The position numbers and the translations under genes are program-made. The notes under the pieces are model-generated. The model was given only the letters and a program-made list of their open reading frames with translations, made no database searches and was not told the DNA's origin. DNA of 32,000 nt from Alkalilimnicola ehrlichii MLHE-1. Lineage in GTDB: Bacteria > Pseudomonadota > Gammaproteobacteria > Nitrococcales > Halorhodospiraceae. The stretch lies in NCBI RefSeq assembly GCF_000014785.1, contig NC_008340.1, positions 420,001 through 452,000 on the forward strand. The letters run 5' to 3'. Shown one piece after another: positions 15,597-23,774 of this stretch (position 1 is its first letter; every line of letters begins with the position of its first letter).

Positions 15597-15642
15597 ACGG
15601 GCACCGGCGTCTGCCGACCACGCAAGCCCCGGCACGTTGGGG
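15536..15642 (+). repeat. Degenerate terminal attC (cassette F)
   Basis: CCCGAAC-aa-TGCGCGCACGCC-GACCGGCTTTTCCGCTGCCGGTCCCGAGCCGCTGG is clearly homologous to the cores of attC A and D (CGGCTTTTCCGCTGC). However, the 3' arm is divergent and the GTTGGGG at 15636 is only a tentative R'. Confidence 0.45.
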
Positions 15643-15747
15643 AAAACAACCCACCCGACGTTACACTAACCCGCAATCCACGGGGCGCCCTGGCTTTGCC
15701 GCGCCCGTTCCAGTGCCCAACCACAACCACCCGGGAGCCCAACCTCA

Positions 15748-16227
15748 GTGACCGCACCGACCGACCGCTTCCAACTCCGCAACCCCTGGCACTTCCTCGC
15801 TCTGGGCTTCGGCTCCGGCCTGGCGCCCAAGGCCCCCGGCACCTTCGGCACGGTGGCGGCCATCCCGGTCTACCTGCTGTTGGCGCCGCTGCCCCTGTGG
15901 GCCTATCTGCTGGCGGTGGTGGCGGTCTGCGTGGCGGGGGTCTGGATCTGCGATATCGCCGCCCACGACGTGGGCGTACACGATCACCCGGCCATTGTCT
16001 GGGACGAGATCGCCGGTTACCTGATCACTATGATCGCGGTGCCGCTGGGGCTGGTCTGGGTGGTGGCCGGGTTCGTGCTGTTCCGGTTCTTCGACATCCT
16101 CAAGCCCTGGCCCATCCGCTGGCTGGACCGCCACGTGCACGGCGGGCTGGGCATCATGGTCGATGACATCCTGGCCGGGGTGTTCGCCCTGGTGGTGCTG
16201 CACGCGCTGGTCTGGCTGGTGGGGTAG
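15748..16227 (+). CDS. pgpA: Phosphatidylglycerophosphatase A
   Basis: GTG start. NPWHFLALGFGSGLAPKAPGTFGTVAAIP, GVHDHPAIVWDEIAGY, DILKPWPIRWLDRHVHGGLGIMVDDILAG align closely with E. coli PgpA. Confidence 0.92.
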   Translation: MTAPTDRFQLRNPWHFLALGFGSGLAPKAPGTFGTVAAIPVYLLLAPLPLWAYLLAVVAVCVAGVWICDIAAHDVGVHDHPAIVWDEIAGYLITMIAVPLGLVWVVAGFVLFRFFDILKPWPIRWLDRHVHGGLGIMVDDILAGVFALVVLHALVWLVG

Positions 16228-16230
16228 GGC

Positions 16231-18051
16231 ATGCGCGGGAGCAGTGGTAACGCCTACAGCGGCGCGCGGCCTAACTGGGCGATCGTCGCCAGCGTGCTGC
16301 CCTACCTGGCGGAGTTCCGCGGGCGGGCGATCGCCGCCCTGGCCTTTCTGGTGCTGGCCAAGCTGGCCACGGTGGGGGTGCCGGTGGGGCTGAAGTTCCT
16401 GGTGGACTACCTGGACGAGGCCCGCGGGGCGGAGGTGGTCTTCCTGCTGCCCTTCTTCCTGGTGCTGGCCTACGGCCTGCTGCGCTTCGCCTCCACCGCC
16501 TTTCAGGAGCTGCGTGACGCCATCTTCGCCCGGGTGGCGGAGCGGGCCATGCGCCGGGCCTCGCTGCAGGTCTTCCAGCACCTGCACCGGCTGGACCTGG
16601 GCTTTCACCTGGCCCGGCGCACCGGCGCGCTGGCCCGCGACATCGAGCGCGGCACCCGGGGGATGAGCTTCGTGCTGCGCTCGGCGCTGTTCAACATCGT
16701 GCCCACGGGGCTGGAGGTGCTGCTGGTGGCGGGCATTTTGATGGTCGCCTTCCAGGTGCACTTTGTGCTCACCATCGCGGTGGCGGTGGTGTTCTACGTG
16801 ATCTTCTCGCTGTACGTGACCGAGTGGCGCATCCGCTTCGTGCGCGAGGCCAACGAGATGGACAACCGCTCCAACACCCGCTCGGTGGACAGCCTGCTCA
16901 ACTACGAGACGGTGAAGTACTTCGGCGCCGAGCGCTACGAGGCCGAGCGCTACGACCGCGACCTGGATGCCTGGGAGAACGCCCGGGTGAAGAACCGCCT
17001 GTCGCTGGCCGCGCTCAACACCGGGCAGGCGGCCATCATCGCCCTGGCCATGACCGGCATGATGGGCATGGCGGCCTGGCAGGTGATGCACGGCGGGATG
17101 AGTCTGGGCGATCTCACCATGATCAACGCCTTCCTGCTGCAGTTGTTCATCCCGCTCAACAACCTGGGCTTTGTCTACCGCGAGATGCGCGAGTCGCTGA
17201 TCAACATCGAGCGGATGTTCGGGCTGCTGTACCAGCCGCCGCAGGTGGCGGACCGCCTGGATGCGGTGCCGCTGCGGGGCAACGGGGGCGAGGTGGCCTT
17301 CGAGGATGTGCACTTCGGCTACCAGCCGGAACGGCCCATCCTGCACGGGGTGAGCTTCACCGTGCCGCGGGGGCACAAGGTGGCGCTGGTGGGCCCGAGC
17401 GGTGCGGGCAAGTCCACCATTGCCCGGCTGCTCTTCCGCTTTTACGATGTGGACAGCGGCCGCATCCGGGTGAACGGCCAGGACATCCGCGATGTCACCC
17501 AGGAGAGCCTGCGCGCGGCCATCGGCGTGGTGCCGCAGGACACCGTGCTGTTCAACGACACCATCCGCTACAACATCGCCTACGGTAATCCCGAGGCCAC
17601 GGAGGCGCAGATTCTTGATGCCGTGCGCCGGGCCCACCTGGACCACTTCATCGAGCAACTGCCCAACGGGCTGGAGACGGTGGTGGGCGAGCGCGGGTTG
17701 AAGGTCTCCGGCGGTGAGAAGCAGCGCATCGCCATCGCCCGGGTGCTGCTCAAGAACCCGCCGCTGTTGGTGCTGGACGAGGCCACCTCGTCGCTGGATT
17801 CCGCCTCGGAGCAGGCCATCCTCGCCACGTTGCAGGAGGTGGCCGAGGACCGCACCACGCTGGCCATCGCCCACCGGCTCTCCACCATCCGCGATGCCGA
17901 CACCATCCTGGTGCTGGAGGCCGGCCGGGTGGTGGAGCGGGGCAGCCACGACGAGCTGCTGGCCCGGGATGGGCCGTATGCGCGCCTGTGGCACTACCAG
18001 GACCGACAGCAACGGCTGGCCACGAACCAGGAGACGGTGGCCGCACGGTGA
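16231..18051 (+). CDS. ABC transporter, fused permease/ATPase (ATM1/HMT1-like exporter)
   Basis: 606 aa. It has six N-terminal TM segments, Walker A GPSGAGKST, the signature VSGGEKQRIAIAR and Walker B LLVLDEATSSLD. The overall layout is that of type IV exporter half-transporters. Confidence 0.88.
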   Translation: MRGSSGNAYSGARPNWAIVASVLPYLAEFRGRAIAALAFLVLAKLATVGVPVGLKFLVDYLDEARGAEVVFLLPFFLVLAYGLLRFASTAFQELRDAIFARVAERAMRRASLQVFQHLHRLDLGFHLARRTGALARDIERGTRGMSFVLRSALFNIVPTGLEVLLVAGILMVAFQVHFVLTIAVAVVFYVIFSLYVTEWRIRFVREANEMDNRSNTRSVDSLLNYETVKYFGAERYEAERYDRDLDAWENARVKNRLSLAALNTGQAAIIALAMTGMMGMAAWQVMHGGMSLGDLTMINAFLLQLFIPLNNLGFVYREMRESLINIERMFGLLYQPPQVADRLDAVPLRGNGGEVAFEDVHFGYQPERPILHGVSFTVPRGHKVALVGPSGAGKSTIARLLFRFYDVDSGRIRVNGQDIRDVTQESLRAAIGVVPQDTVLFNDTIRYNIAYGNPEATEAQILDAVRRAHLDHFIEQLPNGLETVVGERGLKVSGGEKQRIAIARVLLKNPPLLVLDEATSSLDSASEQAILATLQEVAEDRTTLAIAHRLSTIRDADTILVLEAGRVVERGSHDELLARDGPYARLWHYQDRQQRLATNQETVAAR

Positions 18052-18067
18052 CCGCCTCGGCGCCATG

Positions 18068-18098
18068 AAAAAGCCCCGGGCCGTTGACGACCCGGGGC
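18068..18098 (-). terminator. Rho-independent terminator downstream of ectD
   Basis: On the minus strand, GCCCCGGG-10 nt-CCCGGGGC is followed by TTTTT (the plus-strand A-run at 18068-18072). It lies 43 nt past the ectD stop, in the convergent gap with the ABC gene. Confidence 0.6.
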
Positions 18099-18140
18099 GC
18101 AGCGCCTTGGCCGGGCGCGCTCGGGGCGCGCCACGCTCTC

Positions 18141-19049
18141 TTACCGCGGCGGGTCCACCGGCGCCAGCGGGGTGAAGTCGCGGTTGGCCAAGTGCGCCGG
18201 CCGCGGCTCCTGCCCGCTGAAGGGACGATGCGGGGTGTTCTCCACGCTGTTGTAAACGAACATCAGATTGGTGCGCGGGTTGGGCGAGATGTTGTCCGGC
18301 GAGGCGTGCATGATGTTGCCCTCGTGGAAGACCACGGTGCCGGGCTCGCCATAGACCCCCTGGATCTCGCCGCAGCGTTTGGTCAGCCACTCGATGCTCT
18401 CCAGGCTCGGCACGCCGGCCACCTGCTTCTTGAGCGACTGCTCGTAGTTGTTTTCCGGGGTCTCGCCGGCCACCGCCACGTACCAACGGTGCGAACCGGG
18501 GATGACGAACAGCGGGCCGTTGTAGGGCGTGTTGTCGGTCAGCATGACCCAGCCGGTCAGCACCCGGCAGCGGGGCATGCCGTCCTCCACGTGCCAGGTC
18601 TCGAAGTCCGAGTGCCACTGGAAGGACTTGCCCTTGATCGGCGGCTTCACGTTCACCCGCGACTGGTGGACATAGACCTCGCTGTCGAGTAACTGACGGG
18701 CCACGTCCAGCAGCCGGCGGTCGCGGGAGATGCGGTCCACCATGGGGCTGAAGTTCTGGGCGGCGAAGATGGAGCGGACCTCGTCGGAGTCCGGCTCGGT
18801 GACCACCTCCTTGCGGTGGCCCATCTCGCGGCCCAGGCGGCGCACCTCCTCCAGCATCGGCTCGACCACGTCCTTCATCAGCCCGGGCAGCGCGATGAAG
18901 CCGTTCTGCTCGTAGCTGCGGACCTGGTCCTCGGACAGGCTGTACTCGCTGCGGGCAGAGGCATTGCCGAACACCACGGGGTCCTGGCGTTCACCAATGG
19001 CCTCCGCACGCCCCTGGCGGCTGGGATAGAGATCGTTTGGCATCAACAT
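18141..19049 (-). CDS. ectD: Ectoine hydroxylase (Fe(II)/2-oxoglutarate dioxygenase)
   Basis: 302 aa. It contains the EctD signature FQWHSDFETWHVEDGMPRCRVLTGW and the distal His (NIMHAS). GAGGAGG RBS. Confidence 0.88.
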   Translation of the reverse strand: MLMPNDLYPSRQGRAEAIGERQDPVVFGNASARSEYSLSEDQVRSYEQNGFIALPGLMKDVVEPMLEEVRRLGREMGHRKEVVTEPDSDEVRSIFAAQNFSPMVDRISRDRRLLDVARQLLDSEVYVHQSRVNVKPPIKGKSFQWHSDFETWHVEDGMPRCRVLTGWVMLTDNTPYNGPLFVIPGSHRWYVAVAGETPENNYEQSLKKQVAGVPSLESIEWLTKRCGEIQGVYGEPGTVVFHEGNIMHASPDNISPNPRTNLMFVYNSVENTPHRPFSGQEPRPAHLANRDFTPLAPVDPPR

Positions 19050-19278
19050 AAGGCCTACCTCCTCTTCCAGTTCCCTAGGTCAAGGAGACATGCGCAGACC
19101 GCACCCTGCCGGGTGGCAGGCATGTCTGTTGGCAAATGTCTTAAGGGGCTGCACGACGACCGCGTGCCGCAGGGGCCGGTGGGGGACCGGCCGGACACCC
19201 GAGGGGGGCGGGCGCTCTAGTGCCCCCCTTCGGTGCAGCCACCTATAGATGTAATGGCAGGGTTGGAATTTTTCAACC

Positions 19279-19620
19279 CTATTGGCCGATGGCCAGGTAA
19301 TAGGGCAGCCAGTAGAGCGTGACCACCACCGCGATGGCCACATTGACCAGGATGGCCAGGCGGTAGTGCTGGCGCTGCGGCCCGGCGGTGTCGGTCATGA
19401 AGACGCGGGCCATCAGCGCGTCCAGCAGCATCACCACCACTACCAGCGGTGCCAGCACCGGCGCCAGGAGCGTGGGCACCAGCGCCCAGCCCTCGGTGAT
19501 GATACCGGTCCCGGGTTCGGGGCGCAGCACCAGGCAGAGCAGCGCGCAGAGCATCAGAAACCAGCGCATGCTGCCCAGGGCGATCAGGCGTTGTGAGAGC
19601 GGGGCGAGGGTGGTGCTCAT
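19279..19620 (-). CDS. Hypothetical small membrane protein (113 aa, 3-4 TM)
   Basis: Strong RBS (GGGAGGA, 5 nt, ATG). Hydrophobic segments fill the ORF, and codon usage looks host-like. No motif was recognised. Confidence 0.6.
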   Translation of the reverse strand: MSTTLAPLSQRLIALGSMRWFLMLCALLCLVLRPEPGTGIITEGWALVPTLLAPVLAPLVVVVMLLDALMARVFMTDTAGPQRQHYRLAILVNVAIAVVVTLYWLPYYLAIGQ

Positions 19621-19837
19621 CCAGGTCCTCCCGGTGGGGTCGCATCCCTGTTTTTAGATGGGGTGGCGGTCGGCCGCAAGTCCCGGCGGGGCCGGATGGG
19701 GCGGGCTCACCCCGGAGGATACCTTAGCGCTTGGCTTGGGTTTGTGGAAACGGGCGCTGGCGGTTAAGCTACCGGGTTACTTCCGCTTTCCCGGTTCCGG
19801 GGCCCGACCCGCTCTCGAACGACACCACGGTGATGCC

Positions 19838-21184
19838 ATGACTGGTCGCGTATACGTCAAGACGCACGGCTGCCAGATGAATGAGTACGACTCCGACAAG
19901 ATGGCCGATGTGCTGGTCAAGGAACGGGGCTATACCCGTGTGGACAGTCCGGGCGATGCCGATGTGATCCTGCTCAACACTTGTTCGGTGCGGGAGAAGG
20001 CGCAGGAGAAGGTCTTTTCCGAGCTGGGCCGGTGGAAGGACTACAAGACCCGAAACGGTGCCGTGATCGGTGTCGGCGGCTGTGTCGCCAGTCAGGAGGG
20101 CGAGGCCATCGTCCAGCGCGCGCCGCACGTGGACGTGGTCTTCGGCCCGCAGACCCTGCACCGGCTGCCGGAGATGATCGACCGCGCCCGGGACGGTGGC
20201 CGTTCCGTCGTCGACGTCTCCTTCCCCGAGATCGAGAAGTTCGACCGCCTGCCCGAGCCCCGCGCCGAGGGCCCCACGGCCTTTGTCTCCATCATGGAGG
20301 GCTGCAGCAAGTACTGCTCCTTCTGCGTGGTGCCCTACACCCGCGGCGAGGAGATCAGCCGGCCCTTCGAGGACGTGATCGCCGAGGTGGCCAGCCTGGC
20401 CGAGCAGGGCGTGCGCGAGGTGACCCTGCTGGGGCAGAACGTTAATGCCTACCGCGGCCCCATGGCCGACGGCACCGTCTGCGACCTGGCCCTGCTGATC
20501 CACTACGTGGCGGCGTTGGACGGTATCGGCCGGATCCGTTTCACCACCTCGCACCCGGTGGAGTTCTCCGACAGCCTGATCGAGGCCTATCGCGAGGAGC
20601 CGAAACTGGCCGGCCACCTGCACCTGCCGGTGCAGAGCGGCTCCGATTTGGTGCTCAAGCTGATGAAGCGCGGCCACACCGCCGCCGAGTACCTGGACAA
20701 GATCGAGCGCATCAAGGCCGCGCGTCCCGGGATCAGCATCGCCTCCGACTTCATTGTCGGCTACCCCGGTGAGAGCGAGGCCGATTTCGAGGACACCCTG
20801 CGGCTGATCGAGGCGGTGGGTTTCGATCAGTCCTTCAGCTTCCTCTACAGCCCGCGCCCCGGCACCCCGGCGGCCTCCCTGTCCGACAGCACGCCGGCGG
20901 AGGTCAAGCGCGAACGGCTCTACCGGCTGCAGGAGACCATCAACGCCAACGCCCGGCGCATCAGCGAGTCCATGGTGGGCACGGTGCAGCGGGTGCTGGT
21001 GGATGGCCGCTCGCGCAAGGACCCCAACGAGATCTCCGGGCGCACCGAGAACAACCGGGTGGTGAACTTCGCCGGCCATCCGCGGCTGATCGGGCACTTC
21101 GTCGAGGTGCGCATCACTGAGGCCAAGCCCAATTCCCTGCGCGGCGAGCTGCTGGGCCTGGACGACGACATGGCCGCCGCCTGA
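19838..21184 (+). CDS. miaB: tRNA-2-methylthio-N6-dimethylallyladenosine synthase
   Basis: The start is placed at ATG 19838 ([22 protein letters not shown], the canonical MiaB N-terminus), so the 60 upstream codons of the track ORF are unsupported. It has the radical-SAM [15 protein letters not shown] motif and a TRAM C-terminus. Confidence 0.92.
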   Translation: MTGRVYVKTHGCQMNEYDSDKMADVLVKERGYTRVDSPGDADVILLNTCSVREKAQEKVFSELGRWKDYKTRNGAVIGVGGCVASQEGEAIVQRAPHVDVVFGPQTLHRLPEMIDRARDGGRSVVDVSFPEIEKFDRLPEPRAEGPTAFVSIMEGCSKYCSFCVVPYTRGEEISRPFEDVIAEVASLAEQGVREVTLLGQNVNAYRGPMADGTVCDLALLIHYVAALDGIGRIRFTTSHPVEFSDSLIEAYREEPKLAGHLHLPVQSGSDLVLKLMKRGHTAAEYLDKIERIKAARPGISIASDFIVGYPGESEADFEDTLRLIEAVGFDQSFSFLYSPRPGTPAASLSDSTPAEVKRERLYRLQETINANARRISESMVGTVQRVLVDGRSRKDPNEISGRTENNRVVNFAGHPRLIGHFVEVRITEAKPNSLRGELLGLDDDMAAA

Positions 21185-21302
21185 GCCCCGCTGGCCGGCC
21201 ATGGCGCCGTCACCGTATCGTCACGTTCGCCTCCGTTCCACACACCCGGCCGTTGCGCTAGGCTAGCGGTAAGCAAACCAATAACCCGCCGGACCCCGGG
21301 CC

Positions 21303-22334
21303 ATGGGCCTCGGGGCCCGGCCCTGCCGAGAGACAGTAGACGCCAAATTGAGTAATCGTCCGCAAGCCCTCGATTTTGACCTGGAGCCCGCCGACAACGA
21401 GCGCCTGGCGCGTCTGTGCGGGCAATTCGACGAGAATATCCGCCAGGTGGAGCGCCGCCTGGGGGTGGAGATCCGCAACAACGGCCATCACTTCCGCGTT
21501 ATCGGCAACGGCGACTCCGTGGCCGCCGCCGAGCGTGTCCTGCACGAACTCTACGACGACTCGGCCCGCAAGCTGATCGAGCCCGAGGCGGTGCATCTGT
21601 GCATCCAGGATGTGGGGGTGGAGGACGAGCCCGAGGCCGTCGAGACCGACGAGGAGGAGGCGGCGGACAAGGAAGGCGAGGTGATCATCCGCACCCGCAA
21701 GGCGCAGGTCCGGGGCCGTGGCCCCAACCAACGTGCCTACCTGCGCCGGGTGCTCACCCACGACCTCAACTTCGGTGTCGGCCCCGCCGGCACCGGCAAG
21801 ACCTATCTGGCCGTGGCCTGCGCCGTGCAGGCGCTGGAGGCGGACGAGGTGCGCCGGGTGGTGCTGGTGCGCCCGGCGGTGGAGGCCGGCGAGCGCCTCG
21901 GTTTCCTGCCCGGCGATATGGCCCAGAAGGTGGACCCCTACCTGCGCCCGCTCTACGACGCCCTGTTCGAGATGCTGGGTTTCGAGCGGGTGGGTCGGCT
22001 GATCGAGCGGGGGGTGATCGAGATCGCCCCGCTCGCCTTCATGCGCGGGCGCACCCTCAACCACAGCTTCATCATCCTGGACGAGGCCCAGAACGCCACC
22101 GTCGAGCAGATGAAGATGTTCCTCACCCGCATCGGCTTCGGTTCCACCGCCGTGGTCACCGGCGATGTCACCCAGATCGACCTGCCCCGGGACAAGCCCT
22201 CGGGGCTGCGCGACGCGGTGGACGTGCTGCGGGATGTGGACGGCGTCAGCTTCACCTTCTTCACCGCCCGCGACGTGGTGCGCCACGCGTTGGTGCAGCG
22301 TATCGTGCAGGCCTATGACAGCCGCAGTGAATGA
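21303..22334 (+). CDS. ybeZ: PhoH-like ATPase (YbeZ); start uncertain (ATG 21303 or TTG 21348)
   Basis: [31 protein letters not shown] aligns with the E. coli YbeZ N-terminus. It has Walker [12 protein letters not shown] and IILDEAQN. It sits in the miaB-ybeZ-ybeY-corC-lnt order. Confidence 0.9.
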   Translation: MGLGARPCRETVDAKLSNRPQALDFDLEPADNERLARLCGQFDENIRQVERRLGVEIRNNGHHFRVIGNGDSVAAAERVLHELYDDSARKLIEPEAVHLCIQDVGVEDEPEAVETDEEEAADKEGEVIIRTRKAQVRGRGPNQRAYLRRVLTHDLNFGVGPAGTGKTYLAVACAVQALEADEVRRVVLVRPAVEAGERLGFLPGDMAQKVDPYLRPLYDALFEMLGFERVGRLIERGVIEIAPLAFMRGRTLNHSFIILDEAQNATVEQMKMFLTRIGFGSTAVVTGDVTQIDLPRDKPSGLRDAVDVLRDVDGVSFTFFTARDVVRHALVQRIVQAYDSRSE

Positions 22335-22815
22335 CGCCCCCGCCCTGGACCTGGAGGTCCAGTATGTGGTGGCGTGGCGGGCCGGGTTGCCACCGGAGGC
22401 GGCGTTCCGCCGTTGGGTGAGCGCGGCCCTGGCGGCCGGGGGGCACACGGGCCCCGCGGCGCTGGCGGTCCGGGTGGTGGACAAGGCCGAGGGCCGCCGG
22501 CTCAATCACGATTACCGGGGCAGGGACTACCCGACCAACGTGCTCTCCTTCCCCTTTGAGGCGCCCCCGGGGCTGGACGAGCCCTTGCCCGAGCTGGGCG
22601 ATCTGGTGATCTGCGCCCCGGTGGTGGAGCGGGAGGCCCGCGAGCAGGGCAAGCCCGAGGCCGATCACTGGGCCCACCTGGTGGTCCACGGCGTGTTGCA
22701 CCTGCTGGGCTACGATCACGAGGCGGCGGAGGAGGCCGAGGCGATGGAGGGGCTGGAGCGGCGGATCCTGGCCGGCCTGGGTATTGCCGACCCCTACCGC
22801 CTTGACGAACAATAA
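22315..22815 (+). CDS. ybeY: Endoribonuclease YbeY (rRNA maturation)
   Basis: The start is placed at ATG 22315 (or GTG 22327), overlapping the ybeZ end. It has [16 protein letters not shown] and the zinc motif [15 protein letters not shown]. The track start at 22165 lies inside ybeZ. Confidence 0.9.
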   Translation: MTAAVNDAPALDLEVQYVVAWRAGLPPEAAFRRWVSAALAAGGHTGPAALAVRVVDKAEGRRLNHDYRGRDYPTNVLSFPFEAPPGLDEPLPELGDLVICAPVVEREAREQGKPEADHWAHLVVHGVLHLLGYDHEAAEEAEAMEGLERRILAGLGIADPYRLDEQ

Positions 22816-22824
22816 CCCGGCCCG

Positions 22825-22866
22825 CCATTGCCTGATGGGTTGCACCCGCGTCCCATCAGGCAATGG
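22825..22866. repeat. Perfect 15-bp inverted repeat (hairpin) in the ybeY-corC spacer
   Basis: CCATTGCCTGATGGG (22825-22839), a 12-nt loop, then CCCATCAGGCAATGG (22852-22866). No T-run follows on either strand. Confidence 0.7.
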
Positions 22867-22896
22867 ACGGCTTCCCCGGCAACCTGAAATGGCCTG

Positions 22897-23772
22897 ATGA
22901 GCGAGGACGAATCGACCCCTTCCCAGTACCCGCGACGATGGCTGGATCGCATCGCCCAGGTGCTCTCGGGCGAACCCCGCGACCGCGATGACCTGCTGGA
23001 GGTCTTGCGGGACGCCCACGACCGCGGCCTGATGGATGCCGATGGCCTGGCCATGATCGAGGGGGTGTTGCACGTCTCGGAGCTGCAGGCGCGCGACATC
23101 ATGATCCCCCGGTCGCAGGTCACGGTGCTGCCCCGGGACATGCCGCCCCGCGAGATGCTGCCGACGGTGGTGCGCACCGGCTACTCCCGCTTTCCGGTCA
23201 CCGGCGAGAGCCGGGATGATGTGATCGGCATCCTGTTGGCCAAGGACATGCTGCGTTGCTTCATGGAGGAGGGGGAGGACTTCCGGCCCCGGGAGGTGTT
23301 GCGCCCGCCCATGTTCATCCCCGAGTCCAAGCGCCTGGACGCCCTGCTCAAGCTGTTCCGCGAGGCCCGCAACCACATGTCCATCGTGGTGGATGAATAC
23401 GGCGGTCTGGCCGGGATCGTCACCATCGAGGATGTCATCGAGCAGATCGTGGGCGATATCGACGACGAGCACGACTACAACGAGGACACCGCCATTCTCA
23501 CCCACGATGACGGCTCCAGCATCGTCAAGGCGCTGACCCCGGTGGAGGATTTCAACGAGCATTTCGGTCTCGAGCTGCCCGATGACGAGTTCGATACCAT
23601 CGGCGGCCTGGTGGCCGGTCGTCTCGGCCACGTCCCCCATCGCGACGAGGTGCTGGAGCTGGACGGCCTGACGGTAAAGGTCGTTCGGGCTGACAAGCGG
23701 CGGGTGCACCTGTTGAAGGTCTATCGCGCCGAGCGGGACGGGGCCCCGACGGACGGGACCGGCGCCGGCTGA
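22897..23772 (+). CDS. corC: CorC/HlyC-family magnesium/cobalt efflux-associated protein (CBS pair + CorC_HlyC domain)
   Basis: 291 aa. It has DIMIPRSQV, SRFPV, VVDEYGGLAGIVTIEDVIEQIVGDIDDEHD and a C-terminal transporter-associated domain. It sits in a conserved position before lnt. Confidence 0.9.
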   Translation: MSEDESTPSQYPRRWLDRIAQVLSGEPRDRDDLLEVLRDAHDRGLMDADGLAMIEGVLHVSELQARDIMIPRSQVTVLPRDMPPREMLPTVVRTGYSRFPVTGESRDDVIGILLAKDMLRCFMEEGEDFRPREVLRPPMFIPESKRLDALLKLFREARNHMSIVVDEYGGLAGIVTIEDVIEQIVGDIDDEHDYNEDTAILTHDDGSSIVKALTPVEDFNEHFGLELPDDEFDTIGGLVAGRLGHVPHRDEVLELDGLTVKVVRADKRRVHLLKVYRAERDGAPTDGTGAG

Positions 23773-23774
23773 TT

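Larger units (their letters stand above)
8030..15642 (+). mobile_element. Chromosomal integron: intI remnant(-), attI, six-cassette array(+), IS in last cassette
   Basis: See the component features. Cassette limits by the G|TT rule are A 8830-9269, B 9270-9779, C 9780-11291, D 11292-12510, E 12511-13140 and F 13141-~15636. Confidence 0.8.

Noticed and set aside
9177-15642. Could the recurring 56-107-bp palindromic repeats be a CRISPR array?
   Set aside because: The spacing is 0.5-1.5 kb and each interval holds an ORF. The repeats are imperfect palindromes with RYYYAAC/GTTRRRY cores and are not identical direct repeats. This is attC architecture, not CRISPR.
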